Assembly (NCBI GenBank): GCA_023246725.1
Contig: JAHFHV010000002.1
Coordinates: forward strand, 1 to 52,359
DNA length: 52,359 bases
Source of the DNA: Candidatus Magasanikiibacteriota bacterium
GTDB taxonomy: Bacteria > Patescibacteriota > Patescibacteriia > Magasanikbacterales > GWA2-37-8
Reading direction: 5' to 3'
The notes below the pieces were generated by a model. It had not been told where the DNA came from. It did not search any database and saw only the letters and a program-made list of their open reading frames with translations. Both the position numbers and the translations under genes were made by a program. Every line of letters starts with the position of its first letter. Position 1 is the stretch's first letter. Positions 1 to 7,938 of this stretch are shown here, one piece after another.

Positions 1-318
1 TGTTTGCCGCCACTCTCGGCAGCGCAGAGGACGGCAACCCCCTCTGTGCTCCCCCTTGGTAAGGGGGAGATACCAACGACCGAACAAAAACTGCGCGTCA
101 TGGTAGAACATACCTATCTTTTTGAAAAACTCCTCGGAGACAAAAAAAGCTTCCACATTATGAAGAAGCATTACAAAGCGTACGTGAATGGTTTTGACGG
201 AGCGAAAGAATTGCGGGTGGAGTTGATGGAGAGCGCTGCTGACGCATCTGAAGTTGAACAAATTATCAACAAATTTCTACTTACCAATTGTCATCCCGAA
301 TCCCCGTTCTCGGGGTGA
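1..318 (+). CDS. tRNA-dihydrouridine synthase (Dus family), C-terminal fragment; 5' end outside window
   Basis: The frame is open to the window edge. The stretch HIMKKHYKAYVNGFDGAKELRVELME...EQIINKFL resembles the C-terminal helical domain of Dus enzymes. The last ~9 codons (CHPESPFSG) and the stop lie inside repeat 290-465. Confidence 0.55.
   Translation, partial: CLPPLSAAQRTATPSVLPLGKGEIPTTEQKLRVMVEHTYLFEKLLGDKKSFHIMKKHYKAYVNGFDGAKELRVELMESAADASEVEQIINKFLLTNCHPESPFSG
49..69. repeat. GC-rich hairpin (family 2-like) inside the dus frame
   Basis: CTCCCCCTT-ggt-AAGGGGGAG is a perfect 9-bp stem, translated as ..LPLGKGE... It has the same style as the hairpins at 28606, 19213, 30605, 37387 and 40591. 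Confidence 0.4.
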
Positions 319-465
319 GGGATCTCTGTCCCAATCGTTGTCATTCCGACCGTAGTGGAGGAATCTCGCCAACAATCGCGAGATCCCTCGGCTGCGCTCG
401 GGATGACAGTTGCGACACCCCGCAACTGCGGGGCTCGTCGGCCGCGAGGCCTCGCTCGGAATGAC
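290..465. repeat. Family 1 palindromic element, composite/nested copy (arm order L-L-R-R)
   Basis: Arms in order: GTCATCCCGA..GAGGGATCTC, then GTCATTCCGA..GGAGGAATCTC, then GAGATCCCTC..TCGGGATGAC, then ..TCGCTCGGAATGAC. The arms are mutual reverse complements. Related copies are at 20859, 32435, 36059, 39075 and 51195. Confidence 0.85.
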
Positions 466-501
466 AATGCCAAAACCCATGTCGCAATAACACACCGCAG
501 A

Positions 502-1944
502 TTAACCGAACGGCAAATTCTCCGGCGGCGCGGCGTCACCAGCAGACGTTCCTTCGCCTTCGGCAGGGAGGGTGGGCGGCCCGGGCTCATGGTGCGCCGC
601 GGTAATGCCTTTGCGCCGCAGAGGCGTTTCGCTCCACTCAACCGGCAGGCCGGTGGGCGGCTCGCCGCGCTTATAGCCGGCTTTCTGTAATAGCGGCGTC
701 TTTACAAACGGCAATGGGAAATGCCAAATAGTGGCTAATTCTTCTATATTTAAAATATAGCTGGGGCAGCGCTTCCATTTAATTTTACGCTGCTTATAGG
801 CTTTTACAAACGTGCGCTTAAAGCGGTTGCTCTTAGCATGGTTGCGGTCATAATGCGCGTGCGTGGTCATGTAGGGCACAATCGCGTTCCGGTTCATCAT
901 GTGAAACTGGTTTAACGCGCCCACAAACCCGTCAATACAGCGGTTGGGCGCGAACACTTCTTTACGGGCGGCATACAAAACCCTTAGCTTACTTTTAAAT
1001 CCAATCTTCGAAATCTTATCTTCAATTGCTTCCACGGTTTTTTTGCCGCCCGGCGACAATTTATCCGCTCCACCGGCTTTTTCTTCATGGTGCTCTTCGG
1101 GCTCAAAACTCCAGTACCAAATATTTCCCAGTTCCTTCATAATCGCCATGGGTATACTGGCAAATTTGCCGGCTAGCGAATCATGGTGGTGCACCTCGTT
1201 GCCCATCAGTTTTTTTACCAAATCAATCCCCTTTTCTTTCCAGTGTCCGCTCACCGGTTCAATAATGAGTTGCATCCACAAATTTTCACCATGACCCAGG
1301 CGCGTAAAATTTTCCAGTATCGCGGCCATCGGGTCGCTAAATACCGCGTCTTTGCTTAACTGATATTCAAAATCATGGTAAGTGCGTATGGGGTACGCGT
1401 CTTCCTCGGCCAGCTTAAACTCTACCCCCAAAACGTCATGCGTCTCGCTGGGGTAGCGATTGGGAGTGCTGTCAACATAATCTTCCACTTCGGTAATCTC
1501 GGCTTCGGTGTACTGCGCGTAAATGGCCGCTTCCACCAAATCCCTAAATTCCACTTCGGTGCGGACTAAAAATTGAATATACCCTTCAATGCTAATGACT
1601 TCAAAACTAAACCATTTTTGTTTTTTGCCTTTCCAAAATTTTTCAAATACCGTAATGTGCGGGGAGGCGCCAGAGAGGTGGGCAAAGACCTGCTCCACCG
1701 CCTTGGGAGTTTGAATAAATAAAGGCGGAATATCCACCGCCAAAACCACCCACTCCCAATGCGGAATATATTTGGTTTTTTCGCGGTAATCCACCCACAA
1801 TTCCGCCAGAGTCTTAACAAAAAATAAAATAAGAATTACCCAGCCAATGAGCGCGAACAAAACCACGGCCATCTCGGGCACGCTCAAACTCATAAACCAA
1901 TCCCAAAAAGAAAGGTCGATTGTCAATCCGGGGAAAATCTCCAT
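502..1944 (-). CDS. conserved hypothetical membrane-anchored protein (N-terminal TM, ~430-aa soluble part)
   Basis: A 480-aa ORF with the hydrophobic segment AVVLFALIGWVILILFFV near the N terminus. It has no Walker or other catalytic motif that I can recognise. The ELATIWHFP motif lies near the C terminus. Confidence 0.7.
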   Translation of the reverse strand: MEIFPGLTIDLSFWDWFMSLSVPEMAVVLFALIGWVILILFFVKTLAELWVDYREKTKYIPHWEWVVLAVDIPPLFIQTPKAVEQVFAHLSGASPHITVFEKFWKGKKQKWFSFEVISIEGYIQFLVRTEVEFRDLVEAAIYAQYTEAEITEVEDYVDSTPNRYPSETHDVLGVEFKLAEEDAYPIRTYHDFEYQLSKDAVFSDPMAAILENFTRLGHGENLWMQLIIEPVSGHWKEKGIDLVKKLMGNEVHHHDSLAGKFASIPMAIMKELGNIWYWSFEPEEHHEEKAGGADKLSPGGKKTVEAIEDKISKIGFKSKLRVLYAARKEVFAPNRCIDGFVGALNQFHMMNRNAIVPYMTTHAHYDRNHAKSNRFKRTFVKAYKQRKIKWKRCPSYILNIEELATIWHFPLPFVKTPLLQKAGYKRGEPPTGLPVEWSETPLRRKGITAAHHEPGPPTLPAEGEGTSAGDAAPPENLPFG

Positions 1945-2033
1945 ACCACAGTTAAAAGTTCATAAAGTTTTTAAAGTTATAAAGGTTTGCGTTTACTTTA
2001 CAAGCCTTATAAACTTTCAACTTTATAAACTGG

Positions 2034-2219
2034 TCAATGTTTCTTCCCTCCATGCCCGCCCGCGTCCACAAATTTATACACGCCGCCGTAAATAATGAGG
2101 CAGCCAAACGCCACCCACCACCACCCATGGCCACCCGAAATATAGCCGCTCCAAAACGCCATTAGGGTAATAAGGGTAAACACAAACGCAATAACATGGC
2201 GGAGACCAGTATCGTTCAT
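2034..2219 (-). CDS. small two-TM membrane protein, hypothetical
   Basis: A 61-aa ORF with two hydrophobic stretches. It lies directly upstream of 502-1944 on the same strand, and a TGGTATACT extended -10 motif (complement of 2248-2256) sits 28 nt upstream of its ATG. Confidence 0.45.
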   Translation of the reverse strand: MNDTGLRHVIAFVFTLITLMAFWSGYISGGHGWWWVAFGCLIIYGGVYKFVDAGGHGGKKH

Positions 2220-2322
2220 ATAATTTAGATTATGGATTAACCAGTTTAGTATACCATATTGGCCTAAATTGCGGAATAAACAAAAATAGCCTATCTAAGA
2301 AGCTATTGTTGCCTGGTCTCTT

Positions 2323-2553
2323 TTAAATTTTTTTAAGCAAACCTTTAAATTCTTCTTTGCTGATTTGGGCCTGGCGAAGTATAGAGAAAAGCGTTCCGAT
2401 TGGCACAGATTTATTGTGAATCGCGATAGTTATCTTTCTGCCATCCGCGTGAGAGAACCGCGCATGGCTCCCGCTTTGCCGAACTATTATAAAGCCACAA
2501 TGCTCCAAAATAGCAACCAGCTGTTTGGGCATCACCTGGGGAAAGCCGGTCAT
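2323..2553 (-). CDS. hicA: HicA-family mRNA interferase toxin
   Basis: The sequence ..LVAILEHCGFIIVRQSGSHARFSHADGRKITIAIHNKSVPIGTL.. matches the HicA (YcfA-like) pattern. Its start overlaps the hicB stop in an ATGA overlap at 2550-2553. Confidence 0.8.
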   Translation of the reverse strand: MTGFPQVMPKQLVAILEHCGFIIVRQSGSHARFSHADGRKITIAIHNKSVPIGTLFSILRQAQISKEEFKGLLKKI

Positions 2554-2813
2554 ACGTTAGGCTGAAAGCTCACCCTGACAGACGTCAAAAGAGATCGTTC
2601 GTTTGCTTCATCCTCAATAACTTCGCCCTCAGCCGCGATTGATTGCAAATGAAAGGTGACAAGCTGTTTGATATTCTTTAAAGCCTCATCAATCGTTTCT
2701 CCCTCATCAGCCAGACCAAGCGCCGGGCACTGCACTGAATAGCAAAGTTCGCCCGTGCCACTGCGGCGGTCTGGCGTTACAATAACATTATAATTAAAAT
2801 CTTGGGATAACAT
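2550..2813 (-). CDS. hicB: HicB-family antitoxin (UPF0150-like fold)
   Basis: The pattern YNVIV...YSVQCPALGLADEGETIDEALKNIKQLVTFHLQSI.. is typical of HicB N-terminal domains. The gene is translationally coupled to hicA. Confidence 0.7.
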   Translation of the reverse strand: MLSQDFNYNVIVTPDRRSGTGELCYSVQCPALGLADEGETIDEALKNIKQLVTFHLQSIAAEGEVIEDEANERSLLTSVRVSFQPNV

Positions 2814-2842
2814 ACGTATGCAAAATTATATACATCACTAAT

Positions 2843-2871
2843 ATCATAATCAATTCTGACAGTCTTGTCAA
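2843..2871 (-). promoter_or_regulatory. sigma70-like promoter for hicBA with a palindrome over the -35
   Basis: The minus strand reads TTGACA-17 nt-TATGAT. The inverted repeat TGACAgtctTGTCA overlaps the -35 and could be an autoregulatory operator. Confidence 0.55.
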
Positions 2872-2900
2872 TATATATAAACAGGCCATCTATCCACAGA

Positions 2901-2970
2901 AACAAAAAACCAACCTACTCACCATAATTTCAGCGTACTGAAACTATAATGAGTCTCGTAGGTTGGTTTT
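2901..2970 (-). terminator. Rho-independent terminator (long imperfect hairpin plus T-run)
   Basis: The minus strand has AAAACCAACCTAC...GTAGGTTGGTTTT (13-bp outer stem with further inner pairing) followed by TTTTTTGTTT. It closes the small G+C-rich cassette at 2971-3354. Confidence 0.7.
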
Positions 2971-3073
2971 CCGCTTAGCCTTCCCGCGACCCTGCATTCC
3001 AGGCCGCGGCGAGCCTCTTGTAGGGTGTTTCCTCCGTTGGCTCCTCCTTTTCACTTGCTAGTAGCGACACACG

Positions 3074-3289
3074 TCACGAGGAACGGGGGTCTCTAGGCAA
3101 ATTCACGACCACAGGCTCTCCGGAGTAGGCGGCATAAGTTTGGCCGTCGACGTGTACGCCCTGACGACTCATTGCCTCGAGATAGTCCAGCCTCTGGCCG
3201 AACAGATTTCGCGGCATTGCGCCTTGTTCAGGGACACGCTCGGGCACTCGCGTTGTCTTCGCTCGTTTTTTGCCTTTTCCTTTGGCCAT
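3074..3289 (-). CDS. small basic protein, hypothetical, in a G+C-rich cassette
   Basis: The 71-aa product is MAKGKGKKRAKTTRVPERVPEQG.... GGAG lies 8 nt upstream of the ATG at 3289 (the ORF-track start at 3295 is a TTG). The gene has its own promoter and terminator. Coding status is not proven. Confidence 0.4.
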   Translation of the reverse strand: MAKGKGKKRAKTTRVPERVPEQGAMPRNLFGQRLDYLEAMSRQGVHVDGQTYAAYSGEPVVVNLPRDPRSS

Positions 3290-3325
3290 TGTCAAATCTC
3301 CGCGGGCAAATTTTTACCCACGGAG

Positions 3326-3354
3326 ATCCTACCATATTTAATCGTTTTCGTCAA
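3326..3354 (-). promoter_or_regulatory. sigma70-like promoter of the G+C-rich cassette
   Basis: The minus strand reads TTGACG-17 nt-TAGGAT (TGgTAGGAT, extended -10-like). It is followed by the 5' hairpin CTCCGTGGG..CCCGCGGAG. Confidence 0.5.
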
Positions 3355-3384
3355 TACAAAAACCTCTCCAAACTTGGAAAGGTT
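3355..3384 (-). terminator. Rho-independent terminator after secF
   Basis: The minus strand reads AACCTTTCC-aagttt-GGAGAGGTT followed by TTTGTATT, about 45 nt downstream of the secF stop. Confidence 0.6.
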
Positions 3385-3428
3385 TATAAATCTTTTAATC
3401 TTCGAATCTTTCAATTTTCACCTCGCAC

Positions 3429-4340
3429 TCATACTGCCCGCCGCTTATACCGCTCGGCCAATACCAAAAGCGGGCTGGCGATAAAAATAGAGGAATACGC
3501 CCCGCTGGCCATGCCAATAAAGAGGGCCAGAGCGAAATAGTGCACGGTGGGGCCGCCAATAAAATACAACGCTCCAAGCGGGATAAGAACGGTGAGCGTG
3601 GTATTTATCGAACGCATCAAAGTCTCATTTAAGCCGTTGTTAACCATAGTGGAAAAATCATCCGCGCGGCGGGTCTGTAAATTCTCGCGCACTCTGTCAA
3701 ACACCACAATCGTGTCGTTCACTGAATACCCTAAAACCGTCAAAAGCGCCACCACAAAGGCAATATCTACTTCAACCCCCGTAAAATGCCCCAGCGCGGC
3801 AAATACTCCCAAAACGAGTATCACGTCATGAATCATGGCCAATACCGCTACCGTGCCGAACTTCCAGCTGGCGACCGGCCGCGACACTTTGCGAAACGCG
3901 TAGGCCATATACAAAATAATACCAAGGCTGACGGCAATAATGGCCCAAATAGCGCGCTGGCGAAGCTGCCTACTCACGGACGCGCCAATGGTTTCAAAAC
4001 TTTTTTCGCTTACCACATTTCCATTCGTACCAAACTGGCTACGAATTTTTTTAAGAATAGCCTGGTGCTGTTCTTCGCTTAAAAAATTAGTGCGGATAAT
4101 CATTTCATTGTCACCTGATTTTTGAATCATCGTGTCTTTAAAACCGGCCTGGCTAAATATTTTTTCCACCAGCGCGCTGTCGGGCCTATTGGTGGCGAAA
4201 GACACATCTAACAGGGACCCGCCGGTAAAATCAATCCCCGGCTTTAACCGCCAGCCAATGAGCGCGACTAAACAGAGGAGCACGGTAATGGCGCCAATGG
4301 TGAGCCAGATTTTTGAGTATTTAATGAAAGGTATAGTCAT
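3429..4340 (-). CDS. secF: protein-export membrane protein SecF
   Basis: A 303-aa ORF with an N-terminal TM, the GIDFTGG motif and a C-terminal six-TM block (..VNDTIVVFDRVRENL..). It overlaps the secD stop by 4 nt. Confidence 0.9.
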   Translation of the reverse strand: MTIPFIKYSKIWLTIGAITVLLCLVALIGWRLKPGIDFTGGSLLDVSFATNRPDSALVEKIFSQAGFKDTMIQKSGDNEMIIRTNFLSEEQHQAILKKIRSQFGTNGNVVSEKSFETIGASVSRQLRQRAIWAIIAVSLGIILYMAYAFRKVSRPVASWKFGTVAVLAMIHDVILVLGVFAALGHFTGVEVDIAFVVALLTVLGYSVNDTIVVFDRVRENLQTRRADDFSTMVNNGLNETLMRSINTTLTVLIPLGALYFIGGPTVHYFALALFIGMASGAYSSIFIASPLLVLAERYKRRAV

Positions 4341-6385
4341 AATATTTTACTTCCTAAAAACATCCAATTCGCTTTGTCTTTAAAATAACCAAACACAAAC
4401 CGCATAATCACGCGCGTAATAATAATGTTGGTAAACAAACTTACAATGGTGCCAATGGCCAAAACCACCGCGAACCCCTGAATAAAGCCGCTGCCAAACC
4501 AAATTAAAAGAGCGCAGCTAATTAAACCGGTCACGTGGCCATCCCGAATGGACGGCCAGGCACGCAGAAATGACTCTTCGCTGGCGCTTTTAAGCATTTT
4601 CCCCAGGCGCAATTCTTCTTTCAGACGCTCAAATACTAATACGTTCGCATCCACCGCCATACCAATGGACAAGATAAACCCGGCAATGCCCGCTAAGGTC
4701 AAAGTCACTCCCAAAAGTTTAAACAGCGCCAAGTTTAAAGCGGCATACACCGCGAGCGAAAATACCGAAAGTAGCCCGGGCAAGCGATAATAAATCACCA
4801 TAAAAATCATGACAATAATAAGGCCAACCACGCCGGCTTTAAAACTCTTGGCAAGCGAATCCGCCCCCAGCGTAGCGTCTACTTTTTGCTGGCTAATCAA
4901 TTCTACTGGCACGGGGAGTGCGCCGGAATTAAGCCGCTGGGCCAAAAGCTTGGCTTCGGTAAATCCAAATGTGCCGCTAATCACCGCGCTACCACTCGTA
5001 ATTGGTTCGTTAACTCTGGGGACGCTAATGGCTTCGCCATCTAAAAATATGGCTACCTGCTTGCCCACGTTTCGGGTGGTGATATCGCCAAATAATTTGG
5101 TGCCGGCATCGTCAAATTGCAGACTGACTTGAATCTGGCCAGTGCGGGAATCTTCCGCCACTGCGGCGCGTTTTAATTGCTTGCCGGACAGCCCCGTGCT
5201 CTTCCATTGTTCGGACGGCGGCACAATATCGGATGTCTGTTTATATTTTAAGAAAATACGCGCCAGCTTGTACGTGAGCGGCGTGGTCTCCCCTTTTTTA
5301 TAAATTAGGTGATACCCAAACTGGGTTTCCACGGGGTCGGAAATACTGCCTACCGGCATTGAGAAGGCCATCGTTTCAAACGCCGGGACCATTTGTCCCT
5401 TTTTAAAACTTCCCAGATCACCGCCCCGGTCCCCGGCGCCCGGTTCAGTAGAGTTGGTTTTTACGAGCTGGGAAAAATTTTGCGGCGTGGCTTGTTTTTT
5501 AAGATCGCTAATTTTTGCTAATACTTCTTCTTTGGTAAGCGTGCCGGTGCAACCCGGCGCCCCTTTATAACAAATTAACAAATGCGCGGCCTGCACTTCT
5601 GGTTCGCCCGGTTGCTGGCCAAATCTTTTGACGATATTCACTCCGTCCAAAGTTTTAAGCGCCGGGCTGGAAATATCGCCGTCTTTATGAGTCTTGGCCC
5701 ACGCGTACAGTTCGGGGAATTGCTGGGCTGTAATAAGACCCAAATCACCGCCATTGTTCTTGGTTTTTTCATCCTGTGAATATTTGGTAACAACATCGGC
5801 AAACGGCACGCCACTCCGCACTTCTGCCAAAGCCTTGGTGGACGAAGCATCAACTTTGAGATTAAACGCGGCCATTTGTTTTTTTTCTTCAGCGGTTAGT
5901 TCGCGCGGCGCTTCCGTATTTTCTTCTTTAAATTCAAGAACTGGCGTTTCGCCAATCATTTTTATAGCTTGATTCACATCGGTAACGCCCGGGAGTTCCA
6001 CAATAATGCGATACGCCTGGCCAACCTGCGTAGTTTGGACCAGTGGTTCAGCCACGCCTAAGCCACCGCGCACGCGCCGTTCAATTACGTCCCTCACGCC
6101 TTCTACCGAACTGGCCCGGTCGCCCGGGGCAATGGTGTCAGTCTTCGCCTCATAAATTAAATGCGCCCCGCCTTGCAAATCTAAACCTAAATTAAAACCT
6201 TTGTCGGGAAGTGTAGGAATACCAAGGTTCGTTGTTCGGTTAACAGCGTTAATGGCTTTATTGGCAAAAGCAGGAGCCGTCACAACGAGGCACAACAAAA
6301 ATAACACCACCGAACCGGCCGTGCGCCAAACGATTTGTGAGCGAGTGTAGGTTTTAGAAGTCGGACGCTTGTATTTAACAGCCAT
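4337..6385 (-). CDS. secD: protein translocase subunit SecD with inserted parvulin-type PPIase modules
   Basis: SecD motifs are present: LGLDLQGGAHL, ..VAIFLDGEAISVPRV.., ..RLNSGALPVPVE.. and the C-terminal TM block. I trimmed the ORF-track start at 6475 to the ATG at 6385 (MAVKYKRP.., just before the TM). The periplasmic domain contains the rotamase-like stretch AAHLLICYKG...GGDLGSFKKGQMVPAFE...GYHLIYKK. Confidence 0.85.
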   Translation of the reverse strand: MAVKYKRPTSKTYTRSQIVWRTAGSVVLFLLCLVVTAPAFANKAINAVNRTTNLGIPTLPDKGFNLGLDLQGGAHLIYEAKTDTIAPGDRASSVEGVRDVIERRVRGGLGVAEPLVQTTQVGQAYRIIVELPGVTDVNQAIKMIGETPVLEFKEENTEAPRELTAEEKKQMAAFNLKVDASSTKALAEVRSGVPFADVVTKYSQDEKTKNNGGDLGLITAQQFPELYAWAKTHKDGDISSPALKTLDGVNIVKRFGQQPGEPEVQAAHLLICYKGAPGCTGTLTKEEVLAKISDLKKQATPQNFSQLVKTNSTEPGAGDRGGDLGSFKKGQMVPAFETMAFSMPVGSISDPVETQFGYHLIYKKGETTPLTYKLARIFLKYKQTSDIVPPSEQWKSTGLSGKQLKRAAVAEDSRTGQIQVSLQFDDAGTKLFGDITTRNVGKQVAIFLDGEAISVPRVNEPITSGSAVISGTFGFTEAKLLAQRLNSGALPVPVELISQQKVDATLGADSLAKSFKAGVVGLIIVMIFMVIYYRLPGLLSVFSLAVYAALNLALFKLLGVTLTLAGIAGFILSIGMAVDANVLVFERLKEELRLGKMLKSASEESFLRAWPSIRDGHVTGLISCALLIWFGSGFIQGFAVVLAIGTIVSLFTNIIITRVIMRFVFGYFKDKANWMFLGSKIL

Positions 6386-6527
6386 GTAAAAAAGAGGTAT
6401 TATACAAAAGTCCCAAAATTGTACCTCAAACCATTTTTTTTGGCAAGCGTTAGGTTGTGGACTATTTAAAACCACCCCGCCAATGCGGGGTGGTTTAGGG
6501 CTAATTATACTTAAGACAGCAACAAAA

Positions 6528-7502
6528 TTACAGGCTATGAGCCGCAGTAATTGTGTTTGTGCCAGTACAGGTGCCTTTCAAACTGCTGGTCGGAGAAGCT
6601 GGGACCAGCAATCTCCAGTAAGTAGACGACTGCGATGCGTTGGAGTCTTGCTGTTTATTGAGGTTCAACTGAAAGTCAGTCGCTGCCGAGGACAAAGCCG
6701 TGCCGTCAGCGTAAGCAAAACTAGACACGCCGCTGTACTTCTGTTGGCCCACCATCATAGTGCCGGTGGTGCAGTTTAAGTGCGTTCCACTATTCTGCAC
6801 GTCAACGTCAGCGTCATTACCCGTATCAGTTATCACCAGTGTCTTAATGCCTGAAGTGTCGCCAAGATTAAGATTGCCATAGGCAATTGAGCTGCCCACG
6901 TCAATCGCGGTGAGCAGGTTAACTTCAACGTTCGCGGAATTGGTGCCGGTCGTGCCATTGGGGTCACCGGCCGTGGCTTTATCGGTGGTAGTAACAAAGG
7001 CCACCCAAGTCTGCGCGCTATAGTTACCGACTCCGTCATTAGAATCAGTCGCGTCCGCGTAATACTTAACCGTAAAAGCGCAGGAATAATCGCCCGTAAT
7101 ATCCGATGCCCCGCCGCCGGAACAATTTGACAGGGTACAACCGGCATTGACATAACAATTTAAATCATTGGCCGCGCAACTAGACGCGCCGGCCACGGCG
7201 CTGCGATACAGCCGAGCCACCACACTGCCGTTCGGGTCAACTTCATCACACCCGTTCAAATCAGTGTATGAGCCAGACACCGTAACGCTAGTATCAGTAC
7301 TCTCGGAAAATGTCACTGGACTGGGCGCAATAACCACCGAATCGGTGGACGGGGCTTTGTTGAGAATTTCCGCGCTCGTGGAGGTGCTATCGGTCCGGGA
7401 ACGCAAGGAAACAAAAATCACCAAAATCAAAAGTCCGGCAATAAATAGCAACAGCCCCATTACGTAATGAAACTTAGAATTATTTTCGGTTCCTTCAATC
7501 AT
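6528..7502 (-). CDS. secreted/anchored Cys-containing beta-rich surface protein, paralog A
   Basis: It has an N-terminal TM/signal anchor (LLLFIAGLLILVIFV). It shares motifs with 7939-8841: NCY, YYAD(A/P)TD, VN.LTA, IT(D/N)TGN, NLNKQ, Y(W/F)(R/K)L.(V/A)P and G(T/S)CTG.NTITA at the C terminus. Confidence 0.75.
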   Translation of the reverse strand: MIEGTENNSKFHYVMGLLLFIAGLLILVIFVSLRSRTDSTSTSAEILNKAPSTDSVVIAPSPVTFSESTDTSVTVSGSYTDLNGCDEVDPNGSVVARLYRSAVAGASSCAANDLNCYVNAGCTLSNCSGGGASDITGDYSCAFTVKYYADATDSNDGVGNYSAQTWVAFVTTTDKATAGDPNGTTGTNSANVEVNLLTAIDVGSSIAYGNLNLGDTSGIKTLVITDTGNDADVDVQNSGTHLNCTTGTMMVGQQKYSGVSSFAYADGTALSSAATDFQLNLNKQQDSNASQSSTYWRLLVPASPTSSLKGTCTGTNTITAAHSL

Positions 7503-7548
7503 ATGAGGAATAAATTGAATTATTGATTAATTAATATAATACCGACCT

Positions 7549-7812
7549 TTACTTTTTGCCGCTAATGTTGGCTGAAGTCCCCACGTCTTTTCCGCCTGCG
7601 GGCGGTATTCCCACGGTGGCCTCTGTTTTCACCGTCGCATTATCAGGTACACCGCTCCCGCCGCCCCCTCGGATATAATTTATAATTGTTCCCCCGCTAC
7701 TGTTGCCGGTTCCCTGATTTTTCCGCAAAAGCGGCTGAAGCGCTAGGACTAATCCTAAAATTAACGCGAAAGCTAGCCACGCGGCCCCGATTGAAATAAA
7801 ATATTTATGCAT
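7549..7812 (-). CDS. small Gly-rich membrane-anchored protein, hypothetical
   Basis: An 87-aa ORF with a strong SD (AAGGAGGTG) 5 nt upstream of the ATG, an N-terminal TM (AAWLAFALILGLVLAL), and a TGCTATGAT extended -10 at the complement of 7867-7875. Confidence 0.7.
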   Translation of the reverse strand: MHKYFISIGAAWLAFALILGLVLALQPLLRKNQGTGNSSGGTIINYIRGGGGSGVPDNATVKTEATVGIPPAGGKDVGTSANISGKK

Positions 7813-7938
7813 AATTCACCTCCTTTGCCAAAATATTAAAATTTAGTCTAAACATATATTTCCTACATCATAGCATATTTTTAACAAAAAACCTACTTAA
7901 TTTAGGGTTATGGTTTTAATACCTGGGGATAACTTTTC

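Noticed and set aside
277-690. ORF-track calls 277-495(-), 291-641(-) and 355-690(+)
   Set aside because: All three are read-throughs of the family 1 palindromic repeat plus GC-rich flanking sequence. They overlap one another in different frames, have no SD and are not credible proteins.
2971-3073. SRP RNA, RNase P RNA or tmRNA in the GC-rich 3' part of cassette 1
   Set aside because: None of the conserved motifs is present: no GGAAGCAGC-type helix 8 motif, no GAGGAAAGTCC, and no tmRNA tag or acceptor features.
4337-6475. N-terminal extensions in several ORF-track calls (secD 6475, 10187, 12652, kup 24447, 27248, 28274, pilC 30734, 33020, 33936, 34541, 38004, 38417, rpmG 43679, tpiA 46675, 48462)
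   Set aside because: The extensions precede the conserved N termini or signal peptides, overlap upstream genes or repeats, and internal ATGs fit operon spacing (ATGA overlaps, promoter distances). Trimmed coordinates are used in the feature list.
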